Of a stretch of DNA of 64,000 nucleotides, positions 1 to 12,400 are shown piece by piece. Under the pieces are notes generated by a model. The model did not search any database, was not told the DNA's origin, and worked only from the letters and a program-made list of their open reading frames with translations. Made by a program: the position numbers and the translations under genes. The first letter of the stretch is position 1. Each line of letters opens with the position of its first letter. The stretch comes from Planctomycetota bacterium (GTDB lineage: Bacteria > Planctomycetota > GCA-002687715 > CAIWVZ01): assembly GCA_044222185.1 (NCBI GenBank), contig JBGANV010000004.1:160001-224000 (forward strand), given 5' to 3'.

Positions 1-1836
1 CACGACCCCGATCCGAAGGCCGCCGAGCCGATCAAGGGTTCGTACGTGACGCCGGTGACGCTCGTGAACGACGTGGTTTGGGCGTCCGTCTCCTACGGCG
101 CCGGCCGCCGTGGCGCGTTCGGCGTGGGAACCGCCAAGTATGACACCTGGATCGATGCGGGTATCTGCGACGAGCTGCACAAGCCCGCCGGGGACGTCGG
201 CGAGGTCAAGTTCGGTCCGTTCGACCTCGCGAAGTTCGTCCCCTTCCGCCCCGAGGAGATCCGCCAGATACACCCCGACGGCGTCTTCGGCATGTCGGGT
301 CTGAACCTCCTCCAGCACTTCCGCGTGGAGATCGATCGCGTCAATCGCGTCGCGCGCTGGACGAACACCGCGCCGCCGCGTTTCCCGAAAGCCGATCTGG
401 CGTACTTCATCGCGCGGGCGAAACACGAGCCGGGTGCCATCGAGGGCTGGCTCGACGCCAACCAGAAGGAACGTCTCGCGCCCGAGGCGGCGGACCTGCT
501 CGTCGACATGCGGCTCGATGCGCTTGCCGACGACGGCGCCATGCGCAAGGCGATGGACTGGGTGATGAAGACCCGACCCGAGGACCTTCAGACGACTGGC
601 GCCCTCGAGCTCATGAAGAAGATGTTCCAGTCCGCGCGGCCCGACTACGTCCTCGCCGCGGCCACGCTCGGACTGAAGAACCCCCGCGCGGACCGGTATC
701 CGGATTCCGTTCACAAGGTCCACGCGCGCATGGGGTCCGTACTTCTCGACCAGGGCAAGGGGCTCGAGGCCTGGCGGCATCTGCTTTCCGCGGCGTTCGG
801 GATGCCCGACGATGGACCGCTGAACCTGGACCTCGCCCGGTACTACGAAGGCGAGAAGCGCTGGTTGCGGGCCTACTCGCGCTACGTGCAGGCGCTGCTC
901 TCCGCCGACAGCGGCCCGCGTGCGATCGACGGGCTCGAGCGTGTCGGGCAGAAGCTCGACGAGCCGTTCTCCGTCGACGCCATCGAGAAGCTGATCGAAG
1001 GCAAGGTCGAGGGGTTCGGCGCCGCAGCTCGCTACAAGCCCGAATCCCGCCGATCCACGAAGAAGATCCCGCTCGTCGAGATCTTCACCAATGCCCACTG
1101 GATCGGGGAGAGCGGCATGGCTCTCGGAGCCGACGGCGTTCGGGATCACTTCGGCGACCACGCGATCCAGCTCGTCTACCACGTTGCGGAGGGTGAGCTG
1201 GAGCCCGAGCCTCTCGTCAACGCGGCGAGCGTCGCGGCGTTGGACGCGGCCCGTGAACGCAACGAATCCATGGACGCGTTGGCCGGGTTCGTGGATGGAG
1301 TGGTCCCCATCCCGCCGGGCGCCCCCGCGCGGTTCAAGGCGAAGGTGTTCGACGCCTACAAGAGCGCCGTGATGTCGCGCATCGACCTGCCGACCGACTA
1401 CACGATCGAGCTCACGGGTGAAGCCAACGCGCGCGGACTCACGGGGAGGGTCGTCGTCCGCGGCGAGCAGCGGCCCGACGTCCACCTGGAGATCCTCCTC
1501 GTGGAGCGGGGCGTGCTCTTCCCGGGGAAGAGCAAGGTCGTCATCCAGCGCAACGTCGTGCGCGCCCACCTGCTCGGCGATGGCGAAGGCGAGCCGCTCG
1601 CGATCAAGCAGGGGACCATGACCGTTCCATTCTCCGCCGTGTTCGCCGACGTCCAGAAAGCCAACGCCGACTTCCTCGAAGCGCAAGAAAAGGCGGGCAA
1701 GGCGAGGACGCCGCGCTCGCCGGTGAGGATCGACCCGCGGCAGGCAACGATCGTCGCGCTCGTGCGTAACGCGGGGAGCGGCGAGGTCTACCAGGCGGCG
1801 AAGCTCGTCCCCACGTTCAAAGAGGATGCGAAGTGA
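1..1836 (+). CDS. 5'-truncated multidomain protein: retropepsin-like aspartyl protease fold + TPR-like helices + degenerate thioredoxin/Omp28-like C-terminal domain
   Basis: Frame is open from base 1 (HDPDPKAAEP...). GMSGLNLLQHFRVEIDRVNR resembles the retropepsin GxLGxxFLxxFxVxID motif. Helical TPR-like middle. VEIFTNAHW...IQLVYHV...RNVVRAHL resembles Omp28/DUF1223. Stop overlaps the next GTG (GTGA). Confidence 0.6.
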   Translation, partial: HDPDPKAAEPIKGSYVTPVTLVNDVVWASVSYGAGRRGAFGVGTAKYDTWIDAGICDELHKPAGDVGEVKFGPFDLAKFVPFRPEEIRQIHPDGVFGMSGLNLLQHFRVEIDRVNRVARWTNTAPPRFPKADLAYFIARAKHEPGAIEGWLDANQKERLAPEAADLLVDMRLDALADDGAMRKAMDWVMKTRPEDLQTTGALELMKKMFQSARPDYVLAAATLGLKNPRADRYPDSVHKVHARMGSVLLDQGKGLEAWRHLLSAAFGMPDDGPLNLDLARYYEGEKRWLRAYSRYVQALLSADSGPRAIDGLERVGQKLDEPFSVDAIEKLIEGKVEGFGAAARYKPESRRSTKKIPLVEIFTNAHWIGESGMALGADGVRDHFGDHAIQLVYHVAEGELEPEPLVNAASVAALDAARERNESMDALAGFVDGVVPIPPGAPARFKAKVFDAYKSAVMSRIDLPTDYTIELTGEANARGLTGRVVVRGEQRPDVHLEILLVERGVLFPGKSKVVIQRNVVRAHLLGDGEGEPLAIKQGTMTVPFSAVFADVQKANADFLEAQEKAGKARTPRSPVRIDPRQATIVALVRNAGSGEVYQAAKLVPTFKEDAK

Positions 1837-3337
1837 GCGGAGGTCCGGGCGATCGTCGAGGAGAGTTCGAGCGCGTCGGCGAACGCGCGTCGCGCGAGAT
1901 CCTTCGTCATGAGGTGTGGGCTGCAGCGCTGAGAGCCATCCGCGTGTCGAGCCCTTGGGTCGTCGTCGGGCCCGCCGTCGCTCTGCTCGTGCACGCGGGC
2001 GAACGCCTCGTCGGCGCGGGACAATTCGCCGTCCCGCTCGAGGTGATGATCGGCTCTGCGGTGTTGCCGTCGCTGCTGTTTGCAGGCATCGCCGTCGCCA
2101 CGCACCTCATGCGCAGCGCCGACCCGATCTCCGGCCTCGAGATTCTCGACCACGAACTTCGTGCCGCTGACCGCATGCGGACGGCGCATGACTTCCTCGG
2201 ACATCGCGACCTGACACCGTTCGAAGCTGCCGCAGTCGAGGACGGTGAAGCGATGATCGAACGCGCGCGGGCGCACGCGCTCGCTCGATCGGCGGCGGGG
2301 GAGTGGGACCTCCGCGTGGTGGCATTCTGGGCGCTGGCCGCGCTCCTCGTCGTGTTCGGCATGAGCACGGCGCCGCGCGGTGAACGCCCGGAGCCGCGAC
2401 CGACGGTCGGGGGCGGCGGCACGAAGGTCGCCGAGGCGTCCTCGCCGCGAGCCGACTCCCGCAAGGTCCCCGCGCCCGACAAGTCGACGGAGGTCGCTCG
2501 CGACGCGCGCACCGATCGCAAGTCGGAGGCCGCGACCCGACCGGCTGCGACGAGTCGTCCCACGAACCCCGAGCCCGAGCTCGCCGAACGGAAGAGCTCC
2601 GGAAAGACGGGCGACGGGAAGTCGTCCGCGGCCGCGACGCCCGCCAATCAATCGACGCAGAGCCAGGGGTTCCCGTCGTCCCCCAGCGAGACGAACGACA
2701 AACCGACGCCGACGAAAACCGTGGCGAAAGCTCCCAAGCCGAAACCACCGCCGAAGCCCGGCGACCCGCCGAAGAAGAAGGTGGACGAGCCATCCGGCTC
2801 GACGGCCGGCCGCGGCGTCGGAAGCGGCGCCAGCAAGAACCCGGGCGCCACCGAATGGGCGAGCAAGGATCAGGTCACGGACGACCGCGAGGATCCGCCC
2901 GAGGACGAAGTGGACGTCGACGAGGAGATGGACGAGTCGGAGAACCGGGGCGGCGTCCAGCCGAGCTTGCGCGATCGTCGTCCAGCGGTGAATCGCGACC
3001 TCACCATCGGGTTCGGAAACCGTCCCAGTCCCGACGCCAACGGTCGCGGTGGCCCGTCGCAGGAACAGAAGAAGTCCCGCGGCGTCGCGTCACTCGTGCT
3101 CGGCGTCCCCATCCCCGATCACGTCAAAGGCAAACCTGGTCCCGGTAGGACCAAGATCACGCAGGAGCGGGTCGAGCCGCGTCCCGAAGACGCCGCGCCC
3201 GCCGATGCTCTCGCCCGCGCGCCGCGCGCGGGGAAGTCCGGTCAGCTCGCGCACCCGGACCTCGCGCCGTGGATGCGCGAGGTCGTCCGTCGGTTCTTCG
3301 TCTCGCAACGTCAGCTCACCAAGGAGCAGGAACGTCC

Positions 3338-3341
<4 letters not shown>
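1833..3341 (+). CDS. Membrane-anchored protein with long low-complexity Pro/Lys/Ser/acidic C-terminal region (MoxR-operon accessory protein)
   Basis: Three hydrophobic segments around LDHELRAADRMRTAHDF, then a disordered tail ending ...WMREVVRRFF. GTGA and ATGA overlaps with both neighbours. Confidence 0.6.
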
Positions 3342-4366
<1,025 letters not shown>

Positions 4367-4380
4367 GCCTGGCGACTCCA

Positions 4381-5283
4381 TTGAACGCAGCCCGAACGAT
4401 CTCGCGCGACGATCTCTGCGACCCCGCGTTCCTCGCGGCGTTGCAGAACCTCCAACTCGTCGCCCGCCGCGTGGCTCCCCGCGGACGCTTCGCCGAGCAG
4501 CGCTCGCGCGCCATCGGCGGCGGCATCGAGTTCAAGGACTTCCGCCCCTACGCGCCGGGCGACGACCTGCGCGGCGTCGACTGGAACATCTACCGGCGAC
4601 TTGGCCGCGTGTTCCTGCGGCTGTTCGAGGAGACGGAGGACCTTCCCCTCTATCTCTTGCCCGACGTCTCCGAGAGCGCGTGGTTCGAGACCCCGCCGCG
4701 TGCGCTCGCTGGGTTGCGGTGCGCGCTCGGCCTCGCCTCGGTGAGTCTGGGGCAACACGACCGCGTCGGCGTCTTCCCGTTCGCGGACGATCTGGCGACG
4801 CTCATCCGGCCACAGGCCGGGAAGGGGCGCATCCTCGACATCGCACGCCGCGTGGCGGAGGTAAAGCCCGGCGGAGCGACCGATCTCCCGAAGGCGCTCG
4901 ATCGATTTGCGGCGCTCGGGCTCCGCGAGGGCCTCGTTTGCGTGATCTCCGACTTCTTCGACCCGCAGGGGATCGACGCCATCGTCGAGTCACTCATGCG
5001 CGTTCGCCATCGCCTGTTGCTCGTGCAGCTCTTCCGCAAGAGCGATGCCGAGCCGGTCGCGGGCGGTGACGTTCGCATGGTCGATTGCGAGTCGGGGGCG
5101 ATCGTCGACGTTTCGGTGACGCCCACCGTCGTCGAGCGCTACCGCGCTGCCGTGGCGCGATTCCAGGAGAAGCTCGTCACGTTCTCCCGTGCGCGAGGCG
5201 TGGGGCTCCTGCGCCTGGACGTGGAAGTCGACGTGCTCCACCAGCTCTCCGTCCTGTTCGAGAGCGGGAGGCTCGTCGTATGA
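4381..5283 (+). CDS. DUF58 family protein (vWA-like MoxR partner)
   Basis: EFKDFRPYAPGDDLRGVDWN, DVSES, VISDFF motifs; directly after moxR. Confidence 0.92.
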   Translation: MNAARTISRDDLCDPAFLAALQNLQLVARRVAPRGRFAEQRSRAIGGGIEFKDFRPYAPGDDLRGVDWNIYRRLGRVFLRLFEETEDLPLYLLPDVSESAWFETPPRALAGLRCALGLASVSLGQHDRVGVFPFADDLATLIRPQAGKGRILDIARRVAEVKPGGATDLPKALDRFAALGLREGLVCVISDFFDPQGIDAIVESLMRVRHRLLLVQLFRKSDAEPVAGGDVRMVDCESGAIVDVSVTPTVVERYRAAVARFQEKLVTFSRARGVGLLRLDVEVDVLHQLSVLFESGRLVV

Positions 5284-6947
5284 CTTTCGGGCTCATGCCC
5301 CTCTGGGCGGTGTTCGCCGGGACGGCCGTTCTGGCCGGCCTCTTGTTCCTGCTCCAACGACTGCGCGTGCGCTACCAGGAGCGCCGCGTCGTCACGACGA
5401 TCTTCTGGAAGGAGGCCGTCGAGGAGGCGCAGGCGCGCGTGCTCGTCAAGCGCTTCCGCCATCCCTGGGCGTACGCCCTCATCCTCGCGATCGCCGCGGC
5501 GATCTGGCTGTCGGCCGGGGCACCGGAACTCGACGCGAGTCACGAACGCACCACCGTTCTCGTTCTCGCCAACGCGATGGCACCGCAGGGTCCCCGCGCG
5601 CGGCTCGCTCACGACGCCGTCATCGAGAGACTCGCCAGCCTTCCCCGCGATCGCGCGCGCGTCGTCGCCGCCGCGGGGGGCCGGGTCAAGACCCTGCTCG
5701 ACTTCGGCGAGGAGATCCCGCTCCTGGACCGCCGACTGGCGGCAACGACGAAGGAGCCGGCGGCTTCGTCCGTGCGGGATGCGGTCCGGGACGCACTCCT
5801 CTCCGCCGATCCGACGCATCCCGTCGACGTGCTCGTCTTCGGCGACGACCCGTTCGAGGCCTCGACGGTCTCGGTGCCGCCCGCATTCGCAACGGTGCGC
5901 CGCGTGCCGCTCGCTGGCGCGGCGATCGCCGATGGTGGCGTGACCGCGCTCGGCGTTGGCGAGGCTCGATCGGGCGCCTGGTCGAAGGTCGACGTCGTCG
6001 CGCACCTGCAGGGCACGGACGCGGCGGCCTGCCGCGTGCTGCTCGACGGCAAGCCGCTGGGCGAGGCTCGCATCGAAGCTGACGGTGGGGGTGTGCGTAT
6101 CGCCGTGCCTGACGTGGAGGCCCGCGGCGGCGTGCTCGAAGTGCGTCGCGAAGGCGCACCCGATGCGGTGCCGGCGAACGACTCGGTGCGCATTCGCCTG
6201 CCCGATCGCCCGCGCATCCACGTCGCGGTCGCGCCTTCCGTCCCGGCCGTCGTCAAGGCGGCGCTCGTCGCCGACGAGTCCGTGCTCGTCACGGACGATG
6301 CTCCGGCCGTCCGCGTGCGAGCGGCGGGCGACTCGTTCGGCGGTGCGGGTCCGGCGTTGGAGCTCGTTCCGGCGGTCAATCAGGACGCGGCGTTCCGGGT
6401 CCAGGTGACGGGCGATTCGGACGCCGATGCGGAACTCCGCCACGCGTTCGACGAACTGGGCCTGGGCGAGATCGACGGGACGTCACTCGCGGATCAAGCC
6501 CGTCGCCCCGTGACCGTCGATCTCGTCCGCGGACCGACGCCCATGGTTTCGATCTGGTCCGAGCTCGTGGGCGACGGATTCGACTTCACCCAGTCGCGAG
6601 CCTTTCCCCTGTTCCTCTCGCGCGCGGTGCGCATGCTGGCGGGGCAGCCGCGGCTTCGGGAGACTGCGGCCGCGGGTGACGTCATCGTCGAGCCCTGGAC
6701 GAACCCCCAGGGGCGCAGGATCGATCCGCTTCGAGGCGTCGCCCACATCCCGAGCGTCGGTGAGTACGCCGACGCTGGCGGGCGGCCGTTCACGGCGTCG
6801 CTCGTCGGAGTGCAGGAACCCACGGCGGCTGCTCCGCTGACGCAGAACGGAACGTCGAGCGTGTCGCTCTCGACGTGGATCGCGGCCTTCGCGATCCTCC
6901 TTCTCGTGGCCGAGTGGAACCTGCTCCGGAAGGGACGGATTCCGTGA
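5280..6947 (+). CDS. BatA (aerotolerance N-terminal) domain protein with degenerate vWA domain and C-terminal TM helix
   Basis: N-terminal LLFLLQRLRVR...VVTTIFW BatA-like signature; C-terminal LLLVAEWNL. ATGA overlap at 5280. Confidence 0.8.
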   Translation: MTFGLMPLWAVFAGTAVLAGLLFLLQRLRVRYQERRVVTTIFWKEAVEEAQARVLVKRFRHPWAYALILAIAAAIWLSAGAPELDASHERTTVLVLANAMAPQGPRARLAHDAVIERLASLPRDRARVVAAAGGRVKTLLDFGEEIPLLDRRLAATTKEPAASSVRDAVRDALLSADPTHPVDVLVFGDDPFEASTVSVPPAFATVRRVPLAGAAIADGGVTALGVGEARSGAWSKVDVVAHLQGTDAAACRVLLDGKPLGEARIEADGGGVRIAVPDVEARGGVLEVRREGAPDAVPANDSVRIRLPDRPRIHVAVAPSVPAVVKAALVADESVLVTDDAPAVRVRAAGDSFGGAGPALELVPAVNQDAAFRVQVTGDSDADAELRHAFDELGLGEIDGTSLADQARRPVTVDLVRGPTPMVSIWSELVGDGFDFTQSRAFPLFLSRAVRMLAGQPRLRETAAAGDVIVEPWTNPQGRRIDPLRGVAHIPSVGEYADAGGRPFTASLVGVQEPTAAAPLTQNGTSSVSLSTWIAAFAILLLVAEWNLLRKGRIP

Positions 6948-9424
6948 GCGACGTCATCTTCCTCTCGCCAGCCTGGCTGTGGCTGCTGCTCGGGACGCCC
7001 CTGTTCTTCGTCAACCTGCGGCGAAGCGCGCCACGGCTTCATCCACTTTGGCGGGCGTTCGCCGTCGCGTGCCTCGTGCTCGGACTCGCCCGGCCGGGTC
7101 TGTGGACGGCCGACGAGCATGCGCGCGTCGTATACGTCATGGACGGGTCCGCGAGCGTCGCGCCCGACGAGCTTCGAAGCGCGGTCGCGGCCATCGACGA
7201 TGCCGTCGAGCGGGCGCCATCATCAGTCGACCCGTCGATCGTGATGGTGCACGCCCGCGTGTTCCGATCGTCGCGGGCACGCGTCCGCGGGATCGTCGAG
7301 CGCAGCGGCGACTCTCCGCTGGGCGCGGCCCTCTCCGCCGGGCTTCGGTCGATTCCCGATGGCAGCAAGGGCTCGCTGGTGTTCGTGACGGACGGACTGG
7401 CGACGGATCGGCGCTTCGGCGACGCGATCGCGGAGGCCCAGGAGCGCGGGATCCCCGTTCACGTCACGCCGCTGCGGGCTCCCCGGCCGGAGCCGTCGAC
7501 CGTCGCCATCTCCACGAGCGACACGCTGCGCGTGGGACACGAGTCACGGATCTACGTCGACGTCGCGGCCGACGGAGCAGACGCTACGGTCACGCTCGCG
7601 GGGCCCGGCGGCGACGTGGGCCGTCAGTCGGGTCGCGTCGAGGGCCGGCGGCGTTTCGAGTTCGCGTTCGAACCGCGCCAGGCCGGGTTCGCGACGATGA
7701 CGGCGACCCAGGGTCCCCGGGGCATCGATCGGCCGTACACGCGCACGTTCGCGGTTCAGCCGGCGTTGCGCGCGTTGTACCTGGGCGGGCGCATGGTGGG
7801 CGGTCGGGATCGGCTGGCGCAACTCGTCGGTCGAGGGATCGACTTCGAGTCCCTGCCGGCCCAGGAAGGCGCCGCCCTTCCCGACTTCTCGCGATACGAC
7901 CTCGTCGTCCTCGACGACGCGCCGAAACCCACGGACCCGATCACGCAGGCCATCACGCGCGCCGTGCGCGAAGACGGCCTGGGGCTCTTCGCCTGCGGAG
8001 GCGAGGCGGCCTTTGGTCCTGGCGGATGGCACGAGACTCCGCTGGCCGACGTCCTTCCCGTCACCGCACGACAGAAGGAAGAGAAGCGGGACCCGAGCTC
8101 GGCGCTCGTCGTCATCATCGATACGTCCGGCTCCATGGGCGGCGAGCGCATCCAACTCGCCAAGGAGACGGCGCGGCTCGCGATCAATCGCCTGCTGCCG
8201 CACGACAAGGTCGGCATCGTCGAGTTCTACGGAACCAAGCACTGGGCCGCGCCACTCCAACCCGCGTCGAACGCCATCGACATCCAACGCGCACTCAACC
8301 GGCTCGACGCTGGCGGCGGCACCGTGATCCTGCCGGCGATCGAGGAGGCGTTCTACGGGCTGCAGAACGTGCAGGCTCGCTACAAGCACGTTCTCGTGCT
8401 CACCGACGGCGGCGTCGAGAACGGAGCGTTCGAACCGCTCCTTCGGCACATGGCCGACGACGGCATCACCACGTCGACCGTGTTGATCGGCCCCGAGGCG
8501 CACAGCGAGTTCCTCGTCAACCTCGCGAACTGGGGCAAGGGCCGGTTCTACGCCGTGCCGGACAGATTCAACCTTCCCGAGATCCTGCTCAAGCAACCCA
8601 AGAGTTCGCGGCTCCCCGCGTACAAGCCCGGAACCTTCGCCGTGTCGACGCGAGGCGGCGCCGGCTGGTGGGGGGAAGTCGATCGCACGACGATCCCGCC
8701 TCTCGCCGGCTTCGTGGAGACCCAGCTCCGACCTGGCGCCGAGGTTCTCGCCGAGGTTCGAGGTTCGCGCGAGCCGATCCTCTCCACGTGGAACGTCGGT
8801 CTCGGTCGCGTGACGGCATTCACGTCGGAGCCCGTGGGCCGCGGAACGGAGCCCTGGAACGAGTGGGCAGGGTTCGGGCCCTGGCTCGCGCGCGTCCTCA
8901 CCCGTACTGCCGACGATGGGCGCCGGCCGTTTTCAGCCGAACTCGTACGCGACGGGGACGCCGTCACCTTGACCGTGCGGCGACGGCGTCCCGGGAACGA
9001 GCGCCCGCGCGCGGTCCGCGTCGATGCGTCGGTCGCGGATCCAGCCGCGGCGCTCCCGCTGCAGGTGCGGTCACCCGACGTCTTTCAGTGCACGTTCGCG
9101 TGCGAATCGACGCACGACGTGCGCGTCGCCGTGAGCGTGGACGGTGCGACGGCCGACCCGGTGGCGTTCGCGGCTTCCGATCACCAGTCCGACGTCGCCG
9201 CCGAGTCGGAGGTCGACCCGGCCGACGCCATCGACCTTCCAGCCGTCGCGCGCGCGACGGGCGGCGACGTCATTACCCTCGACGCGCTGGCCGCGGCGAA
9301 CCCGCGGTCCGGCGGCGACGGCCGTCCGAGCCGCCTCCTCGACCTGACACCGTTTTGCTTCCTTCTCGCGCTCGCGACCTACGTCTTCGAGATCTTCCAT
9401 CGCCGGCGCGACCGGCGCGCCTGA
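6944..9424 (+). CDS. vWA domain / glutamine-amidotransferase-like (DUF1355) membrane protein
   Basis: MIDAS motifs DGSAS and DTSGSM, LTDG; GATase-like YDLVVLDD...GGEAAFGPGGW...LPV; TM helices at both ends. GTG start overlaps the upstream stop. Confidence 0.85.
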   Translation: MSDVIFLSPAWLWLLLGTPLFFVNLRRSAPRLHPLWRAFAVACLVLGLARPGLWTADEHARVVYVMDGSASVAPDELRSAVAAIDDAVERAPSSVDPSIVMVHARVFRSSRARVRGIVERSGDSPLGAALSAGLRSIPDGSKGSLVFVTDGLATDRRFGDAIAEAQERGIPVHVTPLRAPRPEPSTVAISTSDTLRVGHESRIYVDVAADGADATVTLAGPGGDVGRQSGRVEGRRRFEFAFEPRQAGFATMTATQGPRGIDRPYTRTFAVQPALRALYLGGRMVGGRDRLAQLVGRGIDFESLPAQEGAALPDFSRYDLVVLDDAPKPTDPITQAITRAVREDGLGLFACGGEAAFGPGGWHETPLADVLPVTARQKEEKRDPSSALVVIIDTSGSMGGERIQLAKETARLAINRLLPHDKVGIVEFYGTKHWAAPLQPASNAIDIQRALNRLDAGGGTVILPAIEEAFYGLQNVQARYKHVLVLTDGGVENGAFEPLLRHMADDGITTSTVLIGPEAHSEFLVNLANWGKGRFYAVPDRFNLPEILLKQPKSSRLPAYKPGTFAVSTRGGAGWWGEVDRTTIPPLAGFVETQLRPGAEVLAEVRGSREPILSTWNVGLGRVTAFTSEPVGRGTEPWNEWAGFGPWLARVLTRTADDGRRPFSAELVRDGDAVTLTVRRRRPGNERPRAVRVDASVADPAAALPLQVRSPDVFQCTFACESTHDVRVAVSVDGATADPVAFAASDHQSDVAAESEVDPADAIDLPAVARATGGDVITLDALAAANPRSGGDGRPSRLLDLTPFCFLLALATYVFEIFHRRRDRRA

Positions 9425-9436
9425 GAGCAGCTCCTC

Positions 9437-12400
9437 ATGACACTTCGATCGCACGGGTTCGTCGCTTGGACTCTCGCGGGGATCGTCGCCACAGGCTGTC
9501 TCGGGCAGGAAGACACTCGGCCCACGGTGCTCCCCGAGGGTGTGCGCCTGGCCATGGATCGCGCGCTCGCGGATCGCACGGCGGGCCAGTCGCAGTGGGA
9601 AGACGTGGTGACGAAGTGCCTGGGAGGACTCGGCGACGCGTCACTGCTCGTGCACGAACTCGAGTCCGCGGCGGAGGCATCCGACTCTGCGAGGTCGTTC
9701 GCAGCACACCGGGGCCTCGTGTGCGTCCTCAAGCGCGAGGGACGTCTCCAGGACGCGCTGCGGCACGCGGACCGCGCGCTCGCGCTCGTTCCGGATCCTG
9801 CGCTCGAGCTGGATCGCGCGCACCTCCTGGATGCCACCGGCGATGCCGAAAAGGCGCTCGCGGCGTACGACAAGCTCCTCGCGTCGGCGAAGGATCGCGA
9901 GACGCTGGAACACGTGGGGATTCGCCGCGCGCTGTTGAAGGCCTCGATGTCGCCGCCGGTTGCGCCGGACTCACGCCCAACGAAGGACGAGCCTTCCGAG
10001 TTCTTCACCTTCGCATCGCAGCCGGGACGCGACGAGGAGTTTCGCAACCGCGCGGCCGTCGTCCTTGCGATGCTCGGCCGACCGAAGGAGGCCATCCAGC
10101 TGTACACGGCTCACGGCGACGGCCGCGACCGATTCCGTCAAGAGGTGCGGCTTGCCGAATGGAGCCTCGCCGCGAAGGCAGCGGCCGACGCGCAGGTTCA
10201 CGCGTGGAACGCCTACGAATCCGCCACGGTGAAGCGGGACCGTCTCTTCGCGCTCACGATCCTCGTGGAGTCTCACCGCGCCGACAAGTCGCTCCCCAAG
10301 CTCATCGACCGGTTCGCCGCCAAGACCACGATCGACGCGGAGGCGCGCCAGACGTGGATCGACCTCCTGCGCGAAACGTCGCGCGTGGACGAGGCCATGC
10401 GGCTGTTCCGCGCGTCCGCCGACGGAGCGTCGTTCACGCCCGACATGCGGCGCCAGCTTCTCGAGATGTGCCGCGAGGCCGGACGCGAGACGGAGCTCGT
10501 CGCCACCTATCGCCAGCTCATCACGGACGAGCCCGAGCGGATCGAGTGGCGTGAGGGGCTGTCGCGGTACCTCCTCGAGCGCGGCGACCGAGACGGCGCG
10601 CGCAGCATCTGGAAGGACTACGTCGCCAGGTTCACGGACATCGCGCACCGGATGGAGGCGGCCCGGACGGCGCGCATGCTCGGCCTCGAGGACGTCGCGC
10701 GCGCGACGGTCGAGACGTGTCTCGCGGCCGACGCGTTCCACGCGGGAGAAGCGCGGCTCTTCCTCGCGGAGATGGAGCAGAAGGGCGGTCACGCCGAGAA
10801 GGCTCTCGCGCAGCTCGACCTCCTCGACAAGGAGGCACCGGCCGATTCTCCCGAACGCGTGCGACTGGCCGAGGCCCTCGAGCGCGTTGGGGAGAAGAAG
10901 CGCGCGGCGGACGTCCTGAAGGCCCTTTGCGACCGGCGCGGCGGCGATCAGGCTGAAGAGGATCTGGAGATGCGGCTCGCGTGGCTGCTCTCGGAGACCG
11001 GCGACGAGAAGGCGGCGCTCGATCGCTGGAAGAACTTGTGGCGACGCGTCCAATCCGTGCCGCGGCGCCGCCAGGTCGAGGATCGCCTGATGGCGACGGC
11101 GTCCCGGCTGGGAGTGCTCGGCGACATCGCCGTCGAGCTCGAGGAGAAACTCGTGAACGGGACCGCGGATGATCGCGAGTCCGGCCTCCTCACGCGGCTC
11201 TACGGCAAGGTCGGCGATGCCGTGTCGGCCGCGGAAGTCGTCGAAGAGCACCTCAAGCGGAAAGGAAAGGACGAGATCGCGGTCCTCGAGGAGAAGGCCC
11301 AGGTCTATCTTGCGGGCAAGGACTACTACCGGTTCGAGAAGTCGGTCAAGCGGCTGATCGAAGTCGACGTGGACCGCCGCGGCGATCACATGCGCCGGCT
11401 CGCCATGAGCAACCTCGAACGCGGCCGCCCCGCTGAGGCGAAGGCCGTGCTCGACTCGCTCGCGCAGGAAGAGGGCGCCGCGGATGCCGCCGAGTTCGAG
11501 GCCGGCGCGTTGTCGCTGTCGGGATTGAAGGACGACGCCGTTCGCGCCTATCGCCGTGGTCTCGCACTGCGGCCCGAGCGGATCGACGGCTGGCTGCTGC
11601 TCGCCAACGTCATGCGAGACCTCGGGGAGGCGCGCGCGGCGACGGGCATGTTCCAGCACCTGGCCGAGACGGCGGACAAGGACGATCTCTTCACGATCGC
11701 CATCGACGGCGTGCTCAACATGCGGGCCGACGCGACGGTGATGAAGTGGGCGCGCCGCGTGACGCTCGAGCGCCTCGCGCGCAAGCACGATCGCATGTAC
11801 CTGTTCCAGCTCTATGCAGACCTCTCGGACGAAGTGAAGGACACCGCTGGCGGCGCTCGCGCACTCGAGAACGCGCTGCCCGTCGCCGGTGAGCAGCGCG
11901 GCGCGCTCCTTCGCGAGCTGATGGACTCGACCAAGGGCCGTGAGACGGGCGGCTACATCATCGTCAACGGCATGCTCCAGCCCATGCGGAAGAAGGGTGG
12001 CGAGGAGCGGATGCTGGCCTACGGCCGGCGCCTCATCGGCCTCGGCGACGTGCTTCCGCCCCAGGTGTTCCTGGAACTGGGGCAGTCGTTCCTCGGCCTG
12101 AAGGACGTCGTGAGTGCGTCGAAGACCTTCGATCGGGCGCGCGACGTCACCGACTTCGGCGCCTTTCGACGGCAGGTGGCGAGCACCTTCGAGCAGGCAG
12201 GTTATGCCAAGGCCGCGTTGTCGGAGTACGAGCGCGTGATGGCCAGCGAGGCGCAGTCGCCCGCGCTCCTCGTGAAGACCGGCGAGCTGAACGAGACGCT
12301 CGGCAAGGACGAGCGGGCGGCGGAGCTTTATGCGGAGGGCCTTCGACTCCTCCTCGCCGGGCACCCGTTGTTCGGCGACGCCGTCCCGAAGAAGGACAAG

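Noticed and set aside
9437-9505. Possible lipobox (VATGC) in the giant TPR protein
   Set aside because: Ala at -3 is a poor lipobox; cleavage at CLG-QE by signal peptidase I is equally plausible.
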